Source: an uncultured Verrucomicrobiae bacterium (lineage in GTDB: Bacteria > Verrucomicrobiota > Verrucomicrobiia > Chthoniobacterales > UBA10450). Taken from it: a stretch of DNA of 10,861 nucleotides. The translations under genes were made by a program, and so were the position numbers. Positions 1-6,376 of this stretch are shown here, piece by piece. Position 1 is the stretch's first letter. Each line of letters opens with the position of its first letter. The stretch is from assembly GCA_963834385.1 (NCBI GenBank), contig CAWIBO010000004.1:1-10861 (forward strand), in the 5' to 3' direction. Under the pieces are notes generated by a model. That model did no database searches, had not been told where the DNA came from, and worked only from the letters and a program-made list of their open reading frames with translations.

Positions 1-398
1 CAAGCTCGCCTGCCGCGTTCACGCCGACCCTGGTCACGGTGGCGCCGATTTCCGGGCCGAGCGCCTCGGCACAGCGGAGGACGGCGCTGTGTTCCACCGC
101 CGTCGTCACGATATGCCGCCGGGCGGGGTCGAGCGCGAGGGCGGAGCGCAGGGCGGTGTTGATTGATTCCGTGCCGCTGCTGGTAAAGATGATCTCGGCC
201 GGGGCGCATCCCAGCAGGCCGGCCACGCGGCTCCGGGCCAGCTCGGAGTGCCTCGCGCGCCTCCCGCGCGAGCCGGTAACCGCTCGAGGGATTGGCAAAC
301 TGGTCCTCCAGGAATGGAAGCATTTCCGCCACGACCTCCGGGTCTACCCGGGTGGTGGCGTTGTTATCGAGATAGATCAGCTGGGATGAATCGATCAC
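1..398 (-). CDS. nifS: Cysteine desulfurase (NifS/IscS family, class V PLP enzyme), N-terminal part; runs off the window edge; one apparent +1 frameshift at ~245-246
   Basis: Manual minus-strand translation from GTG at 398 gives MIDSSQLIYLDNNATTRVDPEVVAEMLPFLEDQFANPSSGYRLAREAREAL. Removing one base at 245/246 continues ELARSRVAGLLGCAPAEIIFTSSGTESINTALRSALALDPARRHIVTTAVEHSAVL. YLDNNATT, NPSS, EIIFTSxGTE and EHxAV are hallmark motifs. nifS versus iscS cannot be resolved from this fragment. Confidence 0.9.
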   Translation of the reverse strand, partial: MIDSSQLIYLDNNATTRVDPEVVAEMLPFLEDQFANPSSGYRLAREAREALRAGPEPRGRPAGMRPGRDHLYQQRHGINQHRPALRPRARPRPAAYRDDGGGTQRRPPLCRGARPGNRRHRDQGRRERGRRA

Positions 399-442
399 GC
401 CGGGAGCAGGGTAGTCATCGCTTGCGATGGGCAACGCCGCGC

Positions 443-802
443 TCAGTCGCGGCGCTTCGTCTCTTCCGCCGGGCGCGGGGCGTTCCCGGGATGCTTCGGT
501 TCCCGGTGGGTGTAGCGGAAGTAGAGGTTGCGCAGGTAAATCGGAAGCGGCATCGCCGTGCTCAAGACGCCGACCGAATCCCGCTGGTAAATGGCGAAGT
601 AACTGAGCATGAGAAGACTCCCAAGGGCGCTGCATTCCCAGAAGCCGAAAGGGATGACGTTTTTGCGGGCGCGTTCGGAGGCCAGCCATTGGATCAGGAA
701 CTGCAGGCCGAAAACAACGCTGCCGCTCAGGCCCACCACTTTCCACGGGTGAAAGGCGATGCCGAACACCGTGACCTCGGCGAAAATACTCAGGCTGCTC
801 AT
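443..802 (-). CDS. Lipid-A-disaccharide synthase N-terminal (LAB_N) domain small membrane protein, 119 aa
   Basis: Three hydrophobic segments with the family-like motifs W..G..G...F..QFLIQWLASER...VIP.GFW..S..GS..ML.YF...RD.V and IYLRNL. Confidence 0.8.
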   Translation of the reverse strand: MSSLSIFAEVTVFGIAFHPWKVVGLSGSVVFGLQFLIQWLASERARKNVIPFGFWECSALGSLLMLSYFAIYQRDSVGVLSTAMPLPIYLRNLYFRYTHREPKHPGNAPRPAEETKRRD

Positions 803-853
803 AGGGCGATACCGTCAGGCAGCGCCGGGCGCGAGAACAGCTTTTTCCTCGCG

Positions 854-881
854 TTGTGAGGCGAAGCCTTTCGGATAAAGT
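854..881 (+). promoter_or_regulatory. Candidate sigma70-type promoter for hisC-mnmE, possibly giving a leaderless or near-leaderless mRNA
   Basis: TTGTGA (854-859), 16-nt spacer, TAAAGT (876-881). The ATG at 890 follows 8 nt later and has no Shine-Dalgarno sequence. Confidence 0.35.
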
Positions 882-889
882 CAGGCCGC

Positions 890-1996
890 ATGAAACCCAT
901 CTGGGACATGGCCAATCCGCAGCTGCGCGATCTTGCCGTCTACCAGCCGGGCAAACCGATCGAGGAAACCGCCCGCGAAGTGGGCGCGAGCGCGGACGAG
1001 ATCATCAAGCTGGCCTCGAACGAAAACCCGCTCGGCCCTTCCCCCGCCGCCCTTGCGGCCATCAGCGCCGCGCTTGACCTCGCTCCACCTCTATCCCGAC
1101 GGCGGAGCTTTTTACCTGCGGGAAGCGTCAGCCGCAAACTCGGGCTCCCGGCTGACCAGTTCATCTTCGGCAACGGTTCCAACGAAATCATCGAGTTCCT
1201 GGCGCACGCTTTTCTGCGCGAAGAGGACGAAATCGTCACCTCCGAGCATGCCTTTGTGGCCTACAAGCTGGTGGCCAAGGTCTTCGGCGCCCGGACAATC
1301 GAGGCGCCCAGCCCCGAGCACCGGCATGATCTCGAGGCAGTGCTGGCGGCGATCACCCCGCGCACCCGGCTCGTTTTCATCGCGAACCCGAACAACCCCA
1401 CCGGTTCCCTCCTCACGCAGGAGGAGATCGACCGGTTCATGGCCGCCGTGCCGGATCACGTCGTGGTCGTCTTCGACGAGGCCTATTACGAATACGTCGA
1501 GAATCCGCCGGACACGCTGAAGTTCGTCCGGGAAGGGCGGCCGGTCATCGTCCTGCGCACTTTCTCGAAGATGTATGGCCTGGCGGCGCTTCGCCTCGGT
1601 TTTGGCATGGCCCCGCGCGACCTGATCGCCGTGCTCCAGAAAACGCGCCAGCCGTTCAATATCAATGGGCCGGCCCAGGCCGGCGCCCTCGCGGCGCTGG
1701 ACGACACCGCCCACCAGGAAGCGACCAAAAAACTCACCGATGAAGGCCGCTGCTTTTTCGAGCAGGAGCTGTCCGCGCTCTCGCTGCCGTTCATCCCCAG
1801 CGCGGCCAATTTCGTCCTGGTGCGCGTGGGCGATGGCAACGCGGTCTTCCGCGAACTCCTGAAGCGACGGATCATTGTGCGCGCGCTCAAGGGATATCAT
1901 CTGCCGGAATGGGTCCGGATTTCCCTCGGCACCATGGAACAAAACCGGCGCTGCCTCGCGGCGTTGCGCGAGGTGGTGCGGCCGCGCGATGCCTGA
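890..1996 (+). CDS. hisC: Histidinol-phosphate aminotransferase, 368 aa; contains a compensating frameshift pair at ~1078 and ~1128
   Basis: Motifs YQPGKP, IIKLASNENPLGPSP, GNGSNE, IANPNNPTG, DEAYYEY, PLP-lysine motif RTFSKMYGLAALRLG, ANFVLV and VRISLG. The expected YPD segment (LHLYPDGGAFYLREA) lies in an adjacent frame. Confidence 0.95.
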   Translation: MKPIWDMANPQLRDLAVYQPGKPIEETAREVGASADEIIKLASNENPLGPSPAALAAISAALDLAPPLSRRRSFLPAGSVSRKLGLPADQFIFGNGSNEIIEFLAHAFLREEDEIVTSEHAFVAYKLVAKVFGARTIEAPSPEHRHDLEAVLAAITPRTRLVFIANPNNPTGSLLTQEEIDRFMAAVPDHVVVVFDEAYYEYVENPPDTLKFVREGRPVIVLRTFSKMYGLAALRLGFGMAPRDLIAVLQKTRQPFNINGPAQAGALAALDDTAHQEATKKLTDEGRCFFEQELSALSLPFIPSAANFVLVRVGDGNAVFRELLKRRIIVRALKGYHLPEWVRISLGTMEQNRRCLAALREVVRPRDA

Positions 1997-3323
1997 CGAC
2001 ACCATTGCGGCGGTCTCGACGCCGCCAGGGGAAGGCGCCATCGCGCTCGTCCGCCTCGCCGGGCCGGAGGCGGTTGCCATCGCCGAGGCAGTGTTTCGGG
2101 GAACAGAAACGCCCTCGCAGATGGCCTCGCACACGCAACGGCTCGGCGAGATCATCGAGAACGGGGAACGGGTTGACCAGGTCATCCTCGCAGTGCACCG
2201 GGCTCCCCATAGTTATACCGGCGACGACGTGGTCGAGATCAGTTGTCACGGTGGCGTGCTGGTCACAGCCCGCGTGCTCGACTGCTGCCTGCGTGCCGGG
2301 GCGCGCGCGGCCCGTCCCGGGGAGTTCACCGAGCGCGCCTTTCATGCAGGCAAGATCGACCTGACCCAGGCGGAAGCGGTCATCGATTTGATCCGGGCCC
2401 AGACCGAGCTCGCCCTGCGCGCCGCCAGCGAGCAGTTGGAAGGTCGGCTGGGCGCGCACATCCGCGCGCTCCGCGACAGCCTGGTGGAATTGATCGCGCA
2501 GGTGGAGGCCACGATCGATTTCCCCGACGAAGACATCGATCCGCAGACGGTGGACAGCGTCCGCGCCCGCCTGACAGAAATCACAGAGACGATTGAGGGT
2601 CTGCTGCGGACGGCGGAACGCGGACGGATCCTGCGCGAAGGGGTGCGCGTGGTGATCTTCGGCGCGACCAACGCCGGCAAGTCCAGCCTGCTCAACCGGC
2701 TTCTCGGGTTCGATCGGGCCATTGTCAGCGCCGTGCCGGGAACCACCCGGGATACCATCGAGGAAACGATCAACCTCGGCGGGCTGCCGGTGCGCCTGCT
2801 CGACACTGCCGGTCTGCGCGAGGCGGCTGACGAGATCGAGCGCGAAGGGATGGATCGGACCCGGCGGTCGCTCGCCCAGGCTGACCTGGCCCTGCGCATC
2901 GTTGACCGGAACGCGCCGCGACCGGACGGGCAGACGGAGTTGTCGCCGGAGCAGGAGATTCTTGTCCTCAACAAATCCGATCTGCCGGAGCACCCCGATT
3001 GGGCGGGAACAGAGGGCGTGCGGCTTTCCTGCCTGACCGGCGACGGGTTTGACGCGCTTGAGCAAGCCATTTCCCGGCGGCTGGCCGGCGGGAAGTTTGG
3101 GGAGCAAAGCGGCGTCTCGATCAACCGGCGCCATCGCGGTTGTCTGGAGCGGGCCGGTGAAGCCTGCGGGCGCGCGGAGGAAACGCTGGCCGGTGGCCTT
3201 TCGCTCGAGTACGCCGCGGTTGATCTGCGCGCCGCGCTCGATGCCGTCGGCGAGGTCATTGGCGTGGTCGACCACGAACAGATTCTCGACTCCGTCTTCG
3301 GCCAGTTCTGCATCGGCAAATAG
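1989..3323 (+). CDS. mnmE: tRNA U34 modification GTPase MnmE (TrmE), 444 aa; true start is ATG 1989, overlapping the end of hisC by 8 nt
   Basis: N-terminus DTIAAVSTPPGEGAIALVRLAG; SYTGDDVVEISCHGG; PGEFTERAF..GKIDLTQAEA; G1 GATNAGKSS; PGTTRD; G3 DTAG; G4 NKSD; C-terminal FCIGK. Confidence 0.97.
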   Translation: MPDDTIAAVSTPPGEGAIALVRLAGPEAVAIAEAVFRGTETPSQMASHTQRLGEIIENGERVDQVILAVHRAPHSYTGDDVVEISCHGGVLVTARVLDCCLRAGARAARPGEFTERAFHAGKIDLTQAEAVIDLIRAQTELALRAASEQLEGRLGAHIRALRDSLVELIAQVEATIDFPDEDIDPQTVDSVRARLTEITETIEGLLRTAERGRILREGVRVVIFGATNAGKSSLLNRLLGFDRAIVSAVPGTTRDTIEETINLGGLPVRLLDTAGLREAADEIEREGMDRTRRSLAQADLALRIVDRNAPRPDGQTELSPEQEILVLNKSDLPEHPDWAGTEGVRLSCLTGDGFDALEQAISRRLAGGKFGEQSGVSINRRHRGCLERAGEACGRAEETLAGGLSLEYAAVDLRAALDAVGEVIGVVDHEQILDSVFGQFCIGK

Positions 3324-3347
3324 CGCGGGAACGCACGCGCGCGCTCG

Positions 3348-3497
3348 GTCATCCCGAGGCGCAGCCGAGGGACCTCCCCCACGCCAGTCGAGAAGGCACG
3401 CTCACGCGAAAGATGGTCGCCGCACTTGAAGCGCCACTCTCTCATCTTTCGCGCACGCACCCGGAATCGCGAGGTCCTTCGCTTCGCTCAGGATGAC
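3348..3497. repeat. REP-doublet / MITE-like element, copy 1 (150 bp), with imperfect terminal inverted arms at 3348-3376 and 3471-3497
   Basis: Left arm GTCATCCCGAGGCGCAGCCGAGGGACCTC; reverse complement of right arm GTCATCCTGAGCGAAGCGAAGGACCTC. There is also an internal perfect 11-bp inverted repeat CGCGAAAGATG (3405-3415) / CATCTTTCGCG (3443-3453). Confidence 0.9.
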
Positions 3498-3548
3498 CGA
3501 TCGTGCCAATAGCGGTCGCCGCCCTGGAGGCGTCGCTTTTCCCTCCCG

Positions 3549-3699
3549 GTCATCCCGAGGCGCAGCCGAGGGACCTCCCCCACGCCAGTCGAGATGGCAC
3601 GCTCACGCGAGGTGCGGGCGACGGCACTTTGGGCGCTACTCTCCCCTCTTTCGGGCGCGCATCCGGAATCGCGAGGTCCTTCGCTTCGCTCAGGATGAC
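3549..3699. repeat. REP-doublet / MITE-like element, copy 2 (151 bp), direct repeat of copy 1 at a 201-bp period; arms at 3549-3577 and 3673-3699
   Basis: The first 62 nt match copy 1 with one mismatch, the last 37 nt are identical, and the central ~52 nt are diverged (manual alignment). Confidence 0.9.
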
Positions 3700-3788
3700 G
3701 GCTCGCTGGCTGCTCGCACCAACGCCGTCGTTTTCCTTCTGTCTCCCCCGAAAAGTTTGCATCGGACGAATGTGTGGTTTGGTGAAGT

Positions 3789-4823
3789 GTGTCCCCGACC
3801 TGTTATCGCTACGGTGTGCGGCCCCTCTTCTTCGCCCTGCCGGCGGAGACGGCCCATCACGTCGGCCTGAACGCGCTCCGCTTCGCGGCACGTTTTGAAA
3901 CCACCCTGCACGCGCTGCGCGTCTCTTTCCCCCAGCCAGACCGTCCGGTCCAGCTTTTCGGTCTCACTTTCCCCAACCCCGTCGGTCTCGCCGCCGGTTT
4001 CGACAAGAATGGCCTGGCCATCCCGGCTTTCGCCGCGCTCGGGTTCGGCTTCGTCGAAATCGGAACGGTCACGGCGCAGGCGCAACCGGGCAATCCCGCC
4101 CCCCGGATCTTTCGTTACCCCGGCAGCAGGCCCTCATCAATCGACTCGGGTTCAACAACAAGGGCGCCGACGTGGTCGCGGCCCGGCTCCGCCGCCTGCG
4201 CGTGACTTCGCGGTGGCCCTCCATCCCCGTCGGCATCAATATCGGGAAATCAAAGGTTGTGCCGGTGGAAGAGGCAGCGGCCGATTACCGCTACTCGTTC
4301 AAACGGCTTGCGCCTCTCGCCAATTACGTGGTCTTGAACGTCAGCTCACCCAACACGCCCGGCCTCCGCCTCCTCCAGGAGGAAGCGGCGCTCAACGAGT
4401 TGCTCGCGGTCATTCGCGACGAAAACCAGCTCCTGGCCCGGCCGATCCTGGTCAAGATCGCGCCCGACCTCAAGCGAAGCGGAGCTGGAACAGGTCGTGG
4501 CCGCGTGCGAAGCGCATGACGTCGCCGGCTTGATTGCCACCAACACCACCCTCGACCATTCTTCGATCACCGCGGCGGGTTACCGCGACCAGGCCGGCGG
4601 CTTGAGCGGCGCGCCGCTGCGCGAAAAATCGACCGCGCTCATTCGCTTCCTCCGTTCCCGCACCAGGCTGCCGATCGTGGCCAGCGGCGGCGTCATGGAC
4701 GCGGAGGCCGCGCGCGAGAAGATCGAGGCCGGCGCGCAACTGGTGCAGGTTTACACCGGCCTCGTTTATCGCGGCCCGGGGCTGATCAACGAGATTGCCG
4801 GGGTCTTCCCGGTCCCTGCCTGA
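3789..4823 (+). CDS. pyrD: Quinone-dependent (class 2) dihydroorotate dehydrogenase, ~344 aa when repaired; split by two apparent frameshifts (~4118-4123 and ~4472-4473)
   Basis: Three consecutive segments carry the motifs [50 protein letters not shown] | [40 protein letters not shown] | [38 protein letters not shown]. The first and last segments are in the same frame. Confidence 0.93.
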
Positions 4824-4892
4824 TTCCGCGCCCGGCGCGCGGGCGACCTTGCCTGATTTGCCGGCTCTCCAGTATGGTGGCCACCGTTCGCC

Positions 4893-5906
4893 ATGCTTCG
4901 CTTCCTTCTTTGCCTTCTGCTCCTTGCCCCCGCGCTTATCGCGCAGCGGCCGCCGCCCCGCATTTCCGAGGATCGCGAGCTGAAGGAGTTCGATCTTTCC
5001 GGCTGGGATTGTCTTGATCGCCCGGAAGGCACGGCCAAGACGCCCGACGGCGCCGAGCGCAACCGTCAGAAGAACCGTCCCTATGCCGCGGTGCCCGGAA
5101 CGGGTGTGAAAGATCTCGATTTCGCGGGGTTTCTCCGGCACGTCGCCCCGGTTGATCTCTCCACGCGCGGACTGCGCCGCAAAGAGATCAGCGCGGCGCA
5201 ACGCGCGTTGCTCGAGCCGCTCGAGAAACAGGTCGTCTCGCTCACCGGCTACCTTGTCCTGGCTTATTCCGGTCCGCCCGAGTCGACCAACTGCGGCAGC
5301 ATCGATTTTCACGACTGGCACCTGGAGATTTTCGAGCAACCACAGGACCACCCGCCGCGGGTGGGCGATCCGACGCCGATCATCGCAGAGATCGCGCCGC
5401 GCACACAGACGGAGTTGTTTCGCAGCGGCATCCGTCTGCAGGATCTCGCCGCGTTTATTCGCGCGCCGGACCTGAGCCATGAACCGACCGGGAAAAAGGC
5501 GGCTCGGGTCCGCGTAACCGGTTACCTGCTCTGGGACGACGACCATAATGGCCGGGCCGACATCGGGGAGCGGATCGAACGCACCGCGGCGAACGGTTAT
5601 CACAATCCCTGGCGGCGCACCGCCTGGGAGATTCATCCCATCCTGAAAATCGAGGTGCTGGATGGAACAACGGCGGGCGGGACCGCGCCCGGGACGCCGC
5701 CGCCGCCGGCCGCTCCCTCGCCTTCCGTGGCGGCCCAGTTCATCACGATCACGCAACCGGTCACGCTCAAGATCCCGTACGGCGAGACCACCTTGCCGCG
5801 GGGTCTCCGTCTGCCCGTGGTGCAGAGCGACGCGGAAACCGTCACGGTCGAATACATGGGGAAGCGGCATCTGGTGCCCCGCGCTTCGACCGCGCCGACA
5901 CCGTGA
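4893..5906 (+). CDS. Uncharacterised secreted protein, 337 aa: signal peptide, putative OB-fold-like domain with His/Asp/Glu motifs, Pro/Ala-rich linker, small beta-rich (SH3-like?) C-terminal domain
   Basis: Signal peptide MLRFLLCLLLLAPALIA; motifs VSLTGYL, ESTNC, DWHLEI, IIAEIAPR, VRVTGYLLWDDDH, RRTAWEIHPILKIEV; linker GTTAGGTAPGTPPPPAAPSPS. The ORF fills the space between pyrD and the next gene. Fold assignments are inference. Confidence 0.8.
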   Translation: MLRFLLCLLLLAPALIAQRPPPRISEDRELKEFDLSGWDCLDRPEGTAKTPDGAERNRQKNRPYAAVPGTGVKDLDFAGFLRHVAPVDLSTRGLRRKEISAAQRALLEPLEKQVVSLTGYLVLAYSGPPESTNCGSIDFHDWHLEIFEQPQDHPPRVGDPTPIIAEIAPRTQTELFRSGIRLQDLAAFIRAPDLSHEPTGKKAARVRVTGYLLWDDDHNGRADIGERIERTAANGYHNPWRRTAWEIHPILKIEVLDGTTAGGTAPGTPPPPAAPSPSVAAQFITITQPVTLKIPYGETTLPRGLRLPVVQSDAETVTVEYMGKRHLVPRASTAPTP

Positions 5907-5959
5907 CGGGCTGATCCAACGGCTCGACTTTCGGGGCGGGACCGGCCAGATTCTCGGCC

Positions 5960-6370
5960 ATGAAACGTTTTGCTCTTGCTCTTCTTGTTTGTTCCCTGCT
6001 GGCGACCCCGGTTTTTGCGGAGGAAGCGGTTACCTGCACCGCGGCCGAGGCGAAAGATCACCTGGGCAAGGAAGTGACCGTGAAAGACACGGTGATGGAT
6101 GTTTACAAGGCGAAAGGGGGCAACACCTTCCTCAATTTCGGCGGGAAACATCCGAACGAAACCTTTGTCGCTTTTATTCCCGTGACCGCGGCGGAGAAAT
6201 TCCCGGAGGCCGCGAAGATGAAAGGGAGCGTGGTCAGCGTGACCGGCAAAGTGACCGAGCACAAAGGCAAACCACAGATCACGGTGATGTCACCGGAACA
6301 GATCAAGGTCGAGACCCCGGCCGCGGAACCCGAGGCAGAGGCTTCTCCTGCCCCGACCGCATCGTCCTGA
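5960..6370 (+). CDS. Secreted/periplasmic OB-fold (nucleic-acid-binding-like) protein, 136 aa
   Basis: Signal peptide ending V-F-A; pattern EAKDHLGKEVTV...V..V....GNTFLNFGGKHP...F.AFI...G.VVSVTGKVTEHKGKPQI....PEQI, as seen in stand-alone OB-fold proteins; acidic Pro/Ala tail. Confidence 0.8.
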   Translation: MKRFALALLVCSLLATPVFAEEAVTCTAAEAKDHLGKEVTVKDTVMDVYKAKGGNTFLNFGGKHPNETFVAFIPVTAAEKFPEAAKMKGSVVSVTGKVTEHKGKPQITVMSPEQIKVETPAAEPEAEASPAPTASS

Positions 6371-6376
6371 AGCGGG

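Noticed and set aside
39..859. + strand ORFs 39..389 and 248..859
   Set aside because: They are antisense shadows of the cysteine desulfurase and LAB_N genes and have no recognisable motifs of their own.
1875..1988. 38-aa N-terminal extension of MnmE given by the ORF track
   Set aside because: It lies within hisC; MnmE homology starts at MPDDTIAA (ATG 1989).
2660..2690. MnmE G1 motif GATNAGKSS lacking the common Pro (GxPNxGKS)
   Set aside because: It still fits GxxxxGKS and all other MnmE motifs are intact; this is probably ordinary lineage variation.
1112..3460. Long minus-strand ORFs 1112..2185, 1887..3275 and 2342..3460
   Set aside because: They are antisense to hisC/mnmE. Long stop-free shadow frames are expected in high-GC coding DNA, and the translations have no family motifs.
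3410..3662. Diversity-generating retroelement TR/VR pair
   Set aside because: Only about half of the differences are at adenines of one copy, the region is non-coding, and there is no reverse transcriptase in the window.
3348..3699. CRISPR array interpretation of the repeats
   Set aside because: There are only two long units, the arms alternate in orientation, the intervening sequences are homologous rather than unique spacers, and there are no cas genes.
3324..3788. tRNA, riboswitch or PyrR-type attenuator upstream of pyrD
   Set aside because: I could not identify a cloverleaf, T-loop, PyrR-binding motif or terminator/antiterminator pair. An Rfam/Infernal scan would be needed to exclude a structured RNA fully.
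3493..3898. ORFs 3493..3870 (+), 3503..3898 (-) and 3550..3891 (-), including the peptide VILSEAKDL
   Set aside because: They are translations of the palindromic repeat and of the pyrD start region, with no independent coding evidence.
4829..4845. Hairpin CGCCCG-GCGCG-CGGGCG after the pyrD stop as an intrinsic terminator
   Set aside because: There is no following U-tract, and short GC stems are common by chance here.
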